DNA of 32,000 nucleotides from Nitratidesulfovibrio vulgaris str. Hildenborough. Lineage in GTDB: Bacteria; Desulfobacterota; Desulfovibrionia; Desulfovibrionales; Desulfovibrionaceae. How positions within the stretch are numbered: position 1 is the first letter of the stretch; every line of letters starts with the position of its first letter. The position numbers and the translations under genes were made by a program. Of the stretch, positions 1-16,461 are shown one piece after another. The stretch is taken from contig NC_002937.3 in NCBI RefSeq assembly GCF_000195755.1, positions 1 through 32,000 on the forward strand. Direction: 5' to 3'. Under the pieces are notes generated by a model that saw only the letters and a list, made by a program, of their open reading frames with translations, did not search any database and was not told where the DNA came from.

Positions 1-150
1 CGAAGAATGGCGCGGGTTCCGTCAACCTTGTAGCGGGTCGTGTTTCATGGTATGAACCGCAGGTTGAGTCATCAGGTTCCGCACCGGCCGGAGACGTCCG
101 CCGTTGTGGCCCTTCCGGCACTCCACCGCGACAGCCAACCCCCATAGAAC

Positions 151-1464
151 GTGCTGCAACAAGCCCTGCGCCAACATCTCAGGCAGACCTGCTCCGAACA
201 GGAACTGCATCAGTGGTTCGACCCTCTCGACCTGCGTCTCGACGATGCGCAGCAGAGGCTCGAGGTGCGTTTTCCGCATCCCCACTTCGCCCGGTGGTTC
301 GAGGCGCAGGCTCTTGAACGCTTCACCGCCGGGGTGCGCGACGTCGTGGGCACGAGTGTGGCACTCGTCTTCCCGGAGGGAATCAAGACCACGGACAGGT
401 CCACAGTCCAGCCCCCCTCGCAGCCCCCCCTTGCCAGCGAGTCCGTCGCCTGCCCCTTCGGTGCCGCGTTCACGTTCGACGCCTTCATCACCAACCGCAA
501 GAACCAGTTTCCCCTTGCCGCCGCGCGCGAGGCTGCGCGCAACGGTCACCAGCGCACCTACAACCCCTTCGTACTGTGCGGTGCCAGCGGCAACGGCAAG
601 ACACACCTGCTGCGGGCACTGGCCAACGAACTGGCGGCCTTGTACGGAACGGACGCCGTCTTCTGCGGTTCGGCCGAAGAGTTGCACGACCGTTACAACA
701 CGGAGGAACGCCTTGCCATGCGGCGCACTCTCTGCGCGCACAGGGCACTGCTTCTGGACGACCTGCATCGCCTGCGAGCCCTTCCCGACCTCAGGGAGGA
801 ACTCACGGCCCTGTTCGACCACTTCTACGACCATGGCAAACAGATGGCCTTCGCCTATGCGGGCAGACTCTCCGATCTCGACTTTCTTGAGGCCCCTCTG
901 CGCTCACGCCTTGAACTTGGCCTTATCGTCGACCTCAAGGAACCCGACCTTGACGTGCGGGTACGCTACATCCACGCCCGGTGCGCCGCCCTGTCCCTGC
1001 AGCTGGCACGTGAACACGTGCTCACACTGGCCCAGCGCTGCCACGAATTCCGCCATCTCTCGGGGTTGCTTCTCAAGGTCGCAGCCTACCGTGACATGGT
1101 GGGGCGCGACATCCTCGACCGCGAACTCGAGCAGATTCTGCGCAACACCGACAGCGGACCCGAACGGGCCGTGGCACCCGACACCATCATCTCGGCCGCG
1201 GCAGAGCATTTCGGCGTCACCCCCCGCGACATCCTGAGCGACAAACGCCAACAGCACATCGTCCAGGCACGTCAGGTGGCCATGTTCCTGTGCCGCGAAC
1301 TCATCGGCAGCTCCTTTCCCGCACTGGGCCGCATGTTCGGGGGCAAGGACCATAGCACAGCCATGTACGCCGTCAAAAAAATCAAAAAACTTCAGTATGA
1401 TAACAAAGATATGCACGCTTTGGTCGCTGAATTGAAACGTCGGTGTCTAAACCATGATGGCTGA
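151..1464 (+). CDS. dnaA: Chromosomal replication initiator protein DnaA
   Basis: 437-aa ORF. GTG start at 151 directly follows an in-frame TAG (145-147), and no other start is available. AAA+ Walker A GASGNGKTHLL, LLLDDLH box, and C-terminal DnaA DNA-binding signature DHSTAMYAVKKI. dnaN follows immediately. Confidence 0.95.
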   Translation: MLQQALRQHLRQTCSEQELHQWFDPLDLRLDDAQQRLEVRFPHPHFARWFEAQALERFTAGVRDVVGTSVALVFPEGIKTTDRSTVQPPSQPPLASESVACPFGAAFTFDAFITNRKNQFPLAAAREAARNGHQRTYNPFVLCGASGNGKTHLLRALANELAALYGTDAVFCGSAEELHDRYNTEERLAMRRTLCAHRALLLDDLHRLRALPDLREELTALFDHFYDHGKQMAFAYAGRLSDLDFLEAPLRSRLELGLIVDLKEPDLDVRVRYIHARCAALSLQLAREHVLTLAQRCHEFRHLSGLLLKVAAYRDMVGRDILDRELEQILRNTDSGPERAVAPDTIISAAAEHFGVTPRDILSDKRQQHIVQARQVAMFLCRELIGSSFPALGRMFGGKDHSTAMYAVKKIKKLQYDNKDMHALVAELKRRCLNHDG

Positions 1465-1609
1465 ACGGCAACCGGTAGCGGGTGTGCGTGACGGCTCCTT
1501 CATGTCACCATCTCATGACGCAGCACATTCAATCTTTTCGGACAGATGAACAACTTACGAACCTATCTACCGCCTCTACTTCTACAACGAAAAGAAAAAG
1601 GAGATCCGT

Positions 1610-5162
<3,553 letters not shown>

Positions 5163-5318
5163 CGTGACGCGCCCGAGACGCGGGGTGGTTTTCGCCCCTG
5201 CGCCGGGCCGTGGTTGTCCGCAGCGGGGTTACCCGCCCGTGCCCATGAGGCGCGATAAGACGTGGAGCGGGCCCCGCACGGGGCGCGTCGCCCCGGATCA
5301 AACACAACGAGGCAGGCA

Positions 5319-7832
<2,514 letters not shown>

Positions 7833-7834
7833 CC

Positions 7835-8620
7835 ATGCGGCTTCTCGCCATCCTGATACTCTGCATCCTCGTGGCGGCCTGTGACAGGCAGGCCGCCACA
7901 GAGGAACTCACCGAGGCGCGTTCCGCCTTCGCCAACCGCGAATGGAACGACGCCGAGCGGCTTCTTGAGGGCTACCTTCGCCGCAACCCCGAAGGGGCAC
8001 AGCGATGGGAGGCCTGGAACCTGCTCGTGGAAGTGGCCCATCGTGTCCGCAACGATGAAAGGGCCACGGTCGAACTGCTCGAGACGATGTACCTCGAGAA
8101 TGGTTCCAACCCGGAACGTGCCTACGACATCCTCACGCGACTTGGTGAATTGCTCGAGGCGGGACGCGACTTCAGACGCGCCGCCGAGGTGTGGCCACGC
8201 GTGCTGGAGTTGCCGGGGCTCACTCCCGACACGCGGGCCCTGGTCTCCCGGCGGCTTGCGCGCATCCTCGTGATGCAGCGCCGTTTTCCCGAGGCGGAAG
8301 AGCGCCTCAAGGCCTGTCTGGACACAGAGGGGCTGTCCACCGAAGGGCGGGCGGGGTGTCTCTACGACCTTGCCGACCTCAACGTGGCCAGCGAACATCT
8401 GGACGTTGCCGTAGACCTTGCCACTACGCTGGTCGGTCTAGAAGGGCTCACTCCGGAATTGCGCAGTCAGGCGGGCTTTCTGCTGGCGGATGCACTGGAA
8501 CAGCGCGGGCGTTTCGCAGAGGCGCTGGAACGCTTCGAGGCGCTACGCGGGGTGTACCCCAATGACATGGTCATCGACACCCGCGTACGTCACCTCAAAG
8601 GGCGTCTGGGCCGCAAATAG
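7835..8620 (+). CDS. TPR-like repeat lipoprotein, function unknown
   Basis: ATG 7835 lies 2 nt after the gyrA TAG. Lipoprotein signal MRLLAILILCILVAAC with lipobox VAAC. The rest is helical and TPR-like (AERLLEGYLRRNPEGAQRWEAWNLL, ALERFEALRGVYPND). Confidence 0.7.
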   Translation: MRLLAILILCILVAACDRQAATEELTEARSAFANREWNDAERLLEGYLRRNPEGAQRWEAWNLLVEVAHRVRNDERATVELLETMYLENGSNPERAYDILTRLGELLEAGRDFRRAAEVWPRVLELPGLTPDTRALVSRRLARILVMQRRFPEAEERLKACLDTEGLSTEGRAGCLYDLADLNVASEHLDVAVDLATTLVGLEGLTPELRSQAGFLLADALEQRGRFAEALERFEALRGVYPNDMVIDTRVRHLKGRLGRK

Positions 8621-8912
8621 CCAGCAGCCCGCATTCGCCCCCGGTCGAAGCCCTTTCGGCCGCATATGCCCTCCAGATCACGTCAGCTGGTGTGCGACGA
8701 TACGCCTCACGGATGCACGGTAAAGGGCCTCATCAGGCTTGGCCCGTTAAGATGAGGTGCGTCACGCTGCCGTGCCTGTTCCCTCCTGTTCCCTCATAGC
8801 CTCTTCAGTGAGCCTGCCCACGGGTTGCGCCGTCTCTTTCCTAGGGCACGACCCTCTCGCGTCTTCCTTTCATTCCCTCTCTGTTGTGTCGCGCGTCATC
8901 ACCGTGCCCCCT

Positions 8913-9377
8913 TCATGGTGCCACGATGACAGGACAATGCGCGGCCCCCACGACGCGCCCGGTGACACTCCCCACCGGCAGCCTGCCCGAAGGGGTCTTG
9001 CCGCTACGTCCCATGACGATGAGTCCGCAGCGCGTATTCTGGGCCACGCGCGGGATGCACGTTGCCGGTTCTCCTTCGACGATGCGTTCCATGTAGCGGA
9101 TGCCGTGGTCTTCGAGAATATCTCGCACCGGTCCGATGAGGTCGTTGGCTGTCGCCATGCCGAGGGCGTCAGCCTGTTTGGGGTGGCGGTTCGTGGTCGT
9201 GTCTTCCGCAAGGGTGGTATCGACGAGAGGTGCCTCGCCGTTCTGTTCCGTCTGGTCTACGCAGTGAAGCAACAACACTTCCGCCCCGCACAGTTGCGCA
9301 GCCTGTGCCGCGCAATAGGCGGCGCGATACGAACTTTCAGAGCCATCAACCGGAAGAAGTATGCGTTCGGTCTTCAT
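8913..9377 (-). CDS. Universal stress protein (UspA family)
   Basis: Track ORF extends to 9518, but ATG at 9377 is preceded by AAGGAGG. Starts MKTERILLPVDGSESS. C-terminal ATP-binding motif GLIVMGRSGKTPSGRLPVGSVTGRVVGAAHCPVIV. Confidence 0.85.
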   Translation of the reverse strand: MKTERILLPVDGSESSYRAAYCAAQAAQLCGAEVLLLHCVDQTEQNGEAPLVDTTLAEDTTTNRHPKQADALGMATANDLIGPVRDILEDHGIRYMERIVEGEPATCIPRVAQNTRCGLIVMGRSGKTPSGRLPVGSVTGRVVGAAHCPVIVAP

Positions 9378-9501
9378 GCCTGTCCCCTCCTTGAGGGACT
9401 TGGCATCACCATAGCGCACCGGAAGCGTCGGGGCAACGGAGAGACGGGGAAAAGACGACATCTTCAGGCAATGGCCCTTCAGCGTCAGGCACAGGGCCAA
9501 T

Positions 9502-9531
9502 GAAAAGGCCGCGCCCATCGGGACGCGGCCT
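9502..9531 (-). terminator. Rho-independent terminator downstream of asnS
   Basis: On the - strand, AGGCCGCG..CGCGGCCT 8-bp stem (9506-9513 / 9524-9531) plus an inner CCC/GGG pairing, followed by TTTT (A run 9503-9506 on +). Confidence 0.6.
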
Positions 9532-9551
9532 GAGGTCTGCGGAAGCGGAAC

Positions 9552-10937
9552 CTAGAATTCGAGGTTGCCCGGTGTGCGCGGGAAGGGAATGACGTCGCGT
9601 ATGTTGGTGATGCCCGTGAGGAGCATCAGCAGCCGTTCGAAGCCCATGCCGAAACCGGCGTGAGGGACGCTGCCGAAGCGGCGCAGGTCGAGATACCACC
9701 AGTAGTCTTCGAGATTCTGGCCCATCTCGTTGATGCGGGCTTCGAGCACGTCGAGGCGTTCTTCGCGCTGGCTGCCCCCGATGAGTTCGCCGATGCGGGG
9801 TACAAGCACGTCCATGGCTGCCACGGTGCGCCCATCGTCGTTGAGACGCATGTAGAACGCCTTGATCTCCTTGGGATAGTTGTAGACGATGACGGGTTTG
9901 CCGAAGTGTTCCTCGGCAAGATACCGCTCATGTTCCGTCTGCAGGTCGAGCCCGAAGGAGACCGGATATTCGAATTTCTTGCCCGACTTCAGAAGCAGTT
10001 CAATGGCCTCTGTGTACGAACAGCGGGCGAAGGGTTCATCGGCAATCTGCCTCAGGCGTTCGACGAGCGTGGTGTCCACAAAGCGGTTGAACAGGTCGAG
10101 GTCTGCGGCGCAACGGTCGAGGATGCGGCGCACCACAGTGCGTGTCATGTCCTCGGCGAGGTTCATGTCCTCTTCGAGGTCGGCGAAGGCGACTTCGGGC
10201 TCGATCATCCAGAATTCGGCGGCATGGCGCGGCGTATTGGAATTCTCGGCCCGGAAGGTGGGGCCGAAGGTGTAGACCTTGCCGAGTCCCAGCGCCAGCG
10301 TCTCGGCCTCAAGCTGCCCGGATACGGTGAGGTTGCATTCCTTGCCGAAGAAGTCGTTCTCGTAGCGGTTGCCCGAAGCGGGGGTGGCACTGCCCTCCAC
10401 GGGCAGGGTGGTCACGCGGAACATCTCCCCGGCACCCTCGCAGTCCGACCCTGTGAGAATGGGCGTGTGCACGTAGAAGAAACCGCGTTCGCGGTAGAAC
10501 TCATGGATGGCGAAGGCGGCTTCGGAACGGATGCGGAAGGCTGCGCCGTACTTGTTCGTGCGGGCGCGCAGGTGGGCGATGCTGCGCAGGAATTCGTCGG
10601 AATGGCGCTTCTTCTGCAGGGGGTACGTCTCTGCGTCGGCTGCGCCGAGAAGGGTCAGCGTCTGTACACGTACCTCCCACTTCTGGCCCTTTCCGGGCGA
10701 CTCGACCAGCTCACCGGTGATGTCCACGGCGGCACCCGTGCTGACGGCACCGATGTTCGCATAGGCGGGAATGCCTTCATCCACGATGGCCTGTATGTTC
10801 GCAAGGCATGAGCCGTCGTTGATTTCGAGGAAGGAGAAGCCCTTGGCGTCGCGACGTGTGCGCACCCAGCCGCATAGGCGAATCACGGGCTGGGGCGCGG
10901 TGGCAGCGAGGGCGTCGACGATCTGCGTCCGTTGCAT
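9552..10937 (-). CDS. asnS: Asparaginyl-tRNA synthetase
   Basis: 461 aa. N-terminal OB-fold region [25 protein letters not shown]. Class II core motifs ([38 protein letters not shown]). AAAGGAG precedes ATG at 10937. Confidence 0.95.
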   Translation of the reverse strand: MQRTQIVDALAATAPQPVIRLCGWVRTRRDAKGFSFLEINDGSCLANIQAIVDEGIPAYANIGAVSTGAAVDITGELVESPGKGQKWEVRVQTLTLLGAADAETYPLQKKRHSDEFLRSIAHLRARTNKYGAAFRIRSEAAFAIHEFYRERGFFYVHTPILTGSDCEGAGEMFRVTTLPVEGSATPASGNRYENDFFGKECNLTVSGQLEAETLALGLGKVYTFGPTFRAENSNTPRHAAEFWMIEPEVAFADLEEDMNLAEDMTRTVVRRILDRCAADLDLFNRFVDTTLVERLRQIADEPFARCSYTEAIELLLKSGKKFEYPVSFGLDLQTEHERYLAEEHFGKPVIVYNYPKEIKAFYMRLNDDGRTVAAMDVLVPRIGELIGGSQREERLDVLEARINEMGQNLEDYWWYLDLRRFGSVPHAGFGMGFERLLMLLTGITNIRDVIPFPRTPGNLEF

Positions 10938-11100
10938 GGTGTGTGCTCCTTTCCGGGGTGTTGTGCGCTCCCGGGCCGGGGGCGCGGCTTCCGATGGGAT
11001 TAGGCGTATCCGTGTCCGTGGTCAACCCGTGGCGGAGCTCTCCGGGGGATCCTCCGGGCAGTGCTACGAACAGGGGTGTGCACAGTATCTGTGTCTATAA

Positions 11101-11147
11101 TATGTTTATAATCATAATGTTAGATGTGATATGCACATGTGTTCGCA
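11101..11147. repeat. Copy 1 of an imperfect direct repeat (AT-rich block + core TGATATGCACATGTGT)
   Basis: 11111-11147 aligns gaplessly with 11401-11437 at 28/37 positions. Exact 16-mer at 11127-11142 contains the 8-bp palindrome CACATGTG. Perfect TATAAT hexamers at 11096-11101 and 11107-11112. Confidence 0.8.
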
Positions 11148-11392
11148 TCCTTGCCTCGACATAATGACACATCAGGCTGGCGTGACGGTTACTGGGTGAT
11201 GCGGTTCGCATCAAAGCCAATGCACACGGTAACTCAAGTGTATTCTTAATAATACAGGAGTGTTATGTGTTTTATGCACAAAGGAACAGGGAACATGCCG
11301 ACATGAGGCCCTCTGGAATATGTTCGTCTTGAGACCGTGCTGTGGAATGATGTCGTGCCAATAGAAAAGGCCTTGTGATGTTCCTAATAAAT

Positions 11393-11437
11393 ATATGTAT
11401 ATCATGCGATTGACTATGATATGCACATGTGTGCGCA
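11393..11437. repeat. Copy 2 of the imperfect direct repeat
   Basis: Exact 16-mer TGATATGCACATGTGT at 11417-11432, 290 bp from copy 1. Preceded by ATATATGTATATCAT, similar to the TATGTTTATAATCAT block of copy 1. Confidence 0.8.
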
Positions 11438-11680
11438 CCACTGGTGACAGGCGCAGACACTCTGCTGGCGCACCTTTCCGGTGTCGCCTCAAGCGTGTAC
11501 TGGGCTGCAATAGGCACGGGAGGGGGGATGAGAGAACTGACGACGGGCAACCCGCGACGTGGCAGGAGAGGTTGTTCTGAAGATGTCGTGGGGGAGACAG
11601 AGGAGGCACACCTCTGCAGGGGTGTCGGGCAGACGTGTAGAAGCGCGAAACGATGCGTGATTGTGCTTCAGCCGGACTTT

Positions 11681-12961
11681 TCAGGGGGCGATGATGTCGG
11701 TGCTGAACGCCGCCACGAACCACGGGATGTAGGTGACGAGCATGAGGTCGACCACCAGCACCGCGAGCAAAGGCAGGACGGCACGGGCGAGGGTGGCGAG
11801 GGGCACACGTGCGATGCCGCACGAGACCATGAGGCAGACACCGAGGGGCGGGGTGAGCATGCCGATGGAGAGGTTCATCACCACGATCACGCCCAGATGG
11901 ATGAGGTCGATGCCCATGCGTGGCAGAAGCTGCACAAGCACGGGAACGAGCAGGATGAGGGCGGCAGTGGTCTCCAGCATCGTTCCGGCCAGAAGAAGCA
12001 GGATGTTGACGGCAAGCAGCAGCATCCATCCCTCTCCGCCTACGGCAAGGATGGCGTCCGCCAGTGCGGCGGGGATGCGTTCGATGGCCATCACCCATCC
12101 GAAGAGGGAGGCTGCGGCGATGATGCTCATGACGACGCCGGAAGTGACAGCGGCATCCAGAAGCAGGGCGGGCAGGCGGCGAAGGTCGAGTTCGCGGTGA
12201 GCGAAGAGGCCCACCAGAAAGGCGTACACCACAGCCACGGCTGCGGCTTCCGTGGCGGTGCATACGCCTGAGATGATGCCGCCGAGGATGATGGCGGGGG
12301 CTCCGAGCGACCATCCGGCACGCAGCAGGGCGGGCCACACGGCCGCGGGTTCGAAGCGGCGTGTCTCTCGCCCGGAACGCAGCCCTTCATGGACGCACCA
12401 TGCCGAGAGCGTGATGCCCATGAGCAGCCCGGGCATGACGCCGCCAGCGAAGAGTTTGCCGATGGACGCCCCGGTCAGCGCCCCGAAGACGATCATGGGT
12501 ATGCTGGGGGGAATGACGACGCCGATGGACCCGGCAGCGGCCTGAACCGCTCCGGCGAAGGCAGGGGAATAGCCGCGGGCCACCATCGAGGGAATGAGGA
12601 TGGAGCCCACGGCGGCGGTATCGGCTGCCGCAGACCCTGACACCCCTGCGAAGAACATGGATGACACCACCGAGACCACGGCGAGACCGCCCGGAAGGTG
12701 CCCCACAAGCGTGTCGGCAAGTCGGACGATGCGCTGCGAAATGCCCCCCGCGCTCATAAGCTGCCCGGCTGTCATGAAGAGCGGTACGGCCAGCAGGGGA
12801 AAGCTGTCGGCCCCGGCGTACAGCCGTTGAACCGCCACCATGGGGTCCATGCCTCCCTTGATGAGCAGCGCGGCGAAGGCCGAGGCACCCACCGCCAGCA
12901 TGATGGGGGCGTTGCAGGCGAAGAGCAGGCCCAGCATCCCGAAGAGCACCAGCGCGGTCAT
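11681..12961 (-). CDS. dctM: TRAP transporter large permease subunit (DctM family)
   Basis: Track ORF runs to 13522, but ATG at 12961 overlaps the dctQ stop (ATGA, 12958-12961). 426 aa, polytopic membrane protein. Starts MTALVLFGMLGLLFACNAPIMLAVG. Contains DctM-like MFFAGVSGSAAADTAAVGSILIP. Confidence 0.9.
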   Translation of the reverse strand: MTALVLFGMLGLLFACNAPIMLAVGASAFAALLIKGGMDPMVAVQRLYAGADSFPLLAVPLFMTAGQLMSAGGISQRIVRLADTLVGHLPGGLAVVSVVSSMFFAGVSGSAAADTAAVGSILIPSMVARGYSPAFAGAVQAAAGSIGVVIPPSIPMIVFGALTGASIGKLFAGGVMPGLLMGITLSAWCVHEGLRSGRETRRFEPAAVWPALLRAGWSLGAPAIILGGIISGVCTATEAAAVAVVYAFLVGLFAHRELDLRRLPALLLDAAVTSGVVMSIIAAASLFGWVMAIERIPAALADAILAVGGEGWMLLLAVNILLLLAGTMLETTAALILLVPVLVQLLPRMGIDLIHLGVIVVMNLSIGMLTPPLGVCLMVSCGIARVPLATLARAVLPLLAVLVVDLMLVTYIPWFVAAFSTDIIAP

Positions 12962-13524
12962 GGGCGGTCCCCGGTGGGCGAGGGGGTGTCTGATGCGTGG
13001 TCTGCAAGACCGTCGTCTCCACCGCCCTGTCGGTCTCCTGTGGCGTGTCTGGCCAGTATTGCCAGCACATGCAGCATGGACAGCGCCCCGCCAACGGGCA
13101 AGGGCAATGCCGGAATGAGCCGTGACAGGCCGAGTGCGGGTGTGGACTGATGGCGAACGAACCACGCGAAGCGTGCGCCGTGCCATGCCAGCAAGGCAAA
13201 GAAGGCCAGTGCCGCCAGAAGCACCAGCATGTGCGTGACGTGACGTCCGCGCCTGGGAAGATGCCGGACAAGGGCATCCATGCCGGGATGCGCCCCTGCG
13301 CGCACCGCTACGGCGCAACCGATGAAGGTGAGTTGCACAAGCAGGATGCGGCCCAATTCCTCCGACCAGAAAAGGGACTCGTTGAGTGCGTAGCGGGAGA
13401 AGACCTGTACGGCCACCAGCACGGCCATGCCTGCCATGGCGGTGATGAGCCAAAGCCGTGCCGCACGGTCCGCCTTTTCGCTGGCCGTATCCAGAAGACG
13501 GGCAGTCAGCCGCAGGGCGCACAT
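12958..13524 (-). CDS. dctQ: TRAP transporter small permease subunit (DctQ family)
   Basis: ATG at 13524 lies downstream of the dctP stop. 188 aa with about four hydrophobic segments (WLITAMAGMAVLVAVQVF, LLVQLTFIGCAVAV, MLVLLAALAFFALLAW, LPLPVGGALSMLHVLAIL). Sits between dctP and dctM. Confidence 0.8.
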   Translation of the reverse strand: MCALRLTARLLDTASEKADRAARLWLITAMAGMAVLVAVQVFSRYALNESLFWSEELGRILLVQLTFIGCAVAVRAGAHPGMDALVRHLPRRGRHVTHMLVLLAALAFFALLAWHGARFAWFVRHQSTPALGLSRLIPALPLPVGGALSMLHVLAILARHATGDRQGGGDDGLADHASDTPSPTGDRP

Positions 13525-13585
13525 GATCAGCCCCTCTTGGTCGGTCGCGGTCGGGGAATGGCTGGATGATGACGCATGGGAGGGG

Positions 13586-14758
<1,173 letters not shown>

Positions 14759-15098
14759 CTATGCCCGCGCCGTTCGCACATGGCACTGGTGAGGGGCATC
14801 ATGGGCGCGGCCATGTTGCACGAATTACATAAGGGCGCGCACTGTATCCGCCGCAGCGGCGTGGGGCAAGTCTCGCCATTTGCCCTCATGCAGTCCGGTG
14901 TCCAAGGCTTGTGGTGTCGGAGTGCGTTGTCCGCAGTTGTCTGCATATGCCACGTCCGAGAACCCGCCGCACCCGTGAGCCCTGAAACTGCCCTGTGGCC
15001 CTGCCTGGGTGCCAAGCCCGCGGGCCCGGCTTGACCTTGCGTTCGTGTGGTGCAAGGTTCGCCTTTTACGTGTTGAAACTTCCTATGGAGACGAAAGC

Positions 15099-16301
15099 GT
15101 GACGAAGACCGACGGAGGCATGACCCACAAGGACCTCTCCCGGCTTCTCGGCGTGTCCGAGACGACGGTGAAGAGCTACCGCCGCAAGTTCCCCGACTGC
15201 ATTCCCGTGGCCAATCAGGGCAAGCCCATCCGTTTTACGGCAGATGCCGCGAAGGTGTGCATCCGCATCCGCGACCTGTTCGAACTGGGCATGGCTGTAC
15301 CCGAGGTTCGGGCAAGACTGGCGTCGGAATTCAGGTGGATAGAGGCGGAAGTCCCGGCTGACGAGACCTCGCAGCCTGCTGACGAAGCTCCGGCGCAACC
15401 GGTGGCGGCGCAACCGGCGCGTGTCGAATTGCCTCAGGACTTCACCACCGCCGTGAGTGGTCTCGCACGCAGCATGGTGCATCTCACCCAGCAGCAGACA
15501 GCCATGATGAAGCGGCTTCAGGGGCTTGAACAGCGTGTCGACGCTGCAGTTTCGGCTGCCGCAGCCCCTGCACCGGTATCTGCGGCGGACGACGCCGCAG
15601 CGCGTGAGGTGCGTGAACTGGCTGCGCGTCTTTGTGGTGCCGTGGAGCGCTTCGAGGCTCTCATCGAGCGCCTTGCGTCAGAGCAGGGCAGGGAACAGAA
15701 GTCGGAATTCCGTGTGGTGCCGCTGCTCAAGGCGCTGGGACGCAGACGTAGCGAACCGGAACCCGCCCCTGCCCACGAGGCCCCTGTCGCTGCGGGAGAG
15801 AGCACGTCCGTGTCCGGTGCTTCTGCAGAAGGTACGCCTATTGCCAAGCCTACGGCACAGGACGCGCCCCCTTCGCAGTACGAAGGCGATGCGGCAGCGC
15901 ATGCCGCCTCTTCTGTCTCCGCCATGCCCCCTTTCCAGAATCAGGAACCGCCGCGTGCGGTGATGACGTTGCCCCTTGTGGTGCAGAGTCCGCAAGGCGA
16001 CTTCGTGGGAGTGGCAGGCAGGGCGCGTGGCCGTTTTTCGTGCGCCGATTTCAAGGCCATGCTCGCCTATGCGTTCCTGCCGCCGGAACAGTATGAACTG
16101 CGCTGGGAGGAACAGGAAGACGGATGGCGTCTTGAACTGGCGCAGCCCACATCCGCAGACCCCATGCATATGGTACTCTCCCTTCGGCGCATGGTGACGC
16201 CGCGGGGCAACGACGTGCTGTGCGTCACAGCCTACGAGGGCAACGGTACGCCGGGCGAACCATGGGACCTGCACGGTTTCATCAGGGCGGCGCTGGGCTA
16301 G
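15099..16301 (+). CDS. MerR-like HTH protein with Ala/Pro-rich linker, coiled-coil segment and uncharacterised C-terminal domain
   Basis: GTG 15099 has GGAG 8 nt upstream. An alternative ATG is at 15120; the ORF is open from 15009. N-terminus THKDLSRLLGVSETTVKSYRRKF..GKPIRFTADAAKVCIRIRDLFELGMAVPEVRARL follows the MerR HTH-wing-helix pattern. LTQQQTAMMKRLQGLEQRV is coiled-coil-like. The last ~120 aa have no motif I recognise. Confidence 0.6.
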   Translation: MTKTDGGMTHKDLSRLLGVSETTVKSYRRKFPDCIPVANQGKPIRFTADAAKVCIRIRDLFELGMAVPEVRARLASEFRWIEAEVPADETSQPADEAPAQPVAAQPARVELPQDFTTAVSGLARSMVHLTQQQTAMMKRLQGLEQRVDAAVSAAAAPAPVSAADDAAAREVRELAARLCGAVERFEALIERLASEQGREQKSEFRVVPLLKALGRRRSEPEPAPAHEAPVAAGESTSVSGASAEGTPIAKPTAQDAPPSQYEGDAAAHAASSVSAMPPFQNQEPPRAVMTLPLVVQSPQGDFVGVAGRARGRFSCADFKAMLAYAFLPPEQYELRWEEQEDGWRLELAQPTSADPMHMVLSLRRMVTPRGNDVLCVTAYEGNGTPGEPWDLHGFIRAALG

Positions 16302-16461
16302 CCGGCGCACGTACCTTGCGGGTTGCCATCCCACAGGGCGATGTGGCGTTTGTGACGATGCCGACAGTGCGGCCCGGTCCCTCTCCCGCAACGTTCCGGC
16401 GTCGATGGTACTGCAAGTTGTAACCTTGCCGTGACAAGGGTGAAACACGGAGAGCGCGATT

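Noticed and set aside
1-150. DnaA boxes upstream of dnaA.
   Set aside because: Only 150 bp are visible and they contain no convincing 9-mer (TTGTGGCCC at ~104 is poor). The region cannot be assessed from this window.
8776-8795. Exact 10-bp tandem duplication CTGTTCCCTC x2 in the TPR/usp convergent spacer.
   Set aside because: There are only two units, with no further copies or associated structure. It is most simply a slippage duplication of no evident function.
8757-9503. 248-aa ORF (+) covering the usp locus.
   Set aside because: It is antisense to a well-supported UspA-family gene that has a strong SD. The composition is unstructured and Arg/Ser/His-rich.
11106-11120. Fur/PerR-family 7-1-7 box-like sequence TTATAATCATAATGT.
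   Set aside because: The left half-site matches the Bacillus-type Per box TTATAAT perfectly, but the right half matches only 4/7. In a 35-45% GC patch full of TATAAT-like hexamers this is expected by chance, and it overlaps a plain -10 element.
10938-11680. The AT-rich gap as a candidate oriC or DNA-unwinding element.
   Set aside because: I could find no cluster of DnaA boxes. The best matches to TTATCCACA/TGTGGATAA, such as TGTGGAATG at 11341, are only 6/9. The region is about 10 kb from dnaA. oriC more plausibly lies upstream of dnaA, outside this window.
11211-12338. 375-aa ORF (-) and 92-aa ORF 11272..11550 (-) that would partly fill the AT-rich gap.
   Set aside because: The 375-aa ORF is an out-of-frame read through dctM, extremely Arg/His/Pro-rich. 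The 92-aa ORF has no SD and junk-like composition. Neither is supported as coding.
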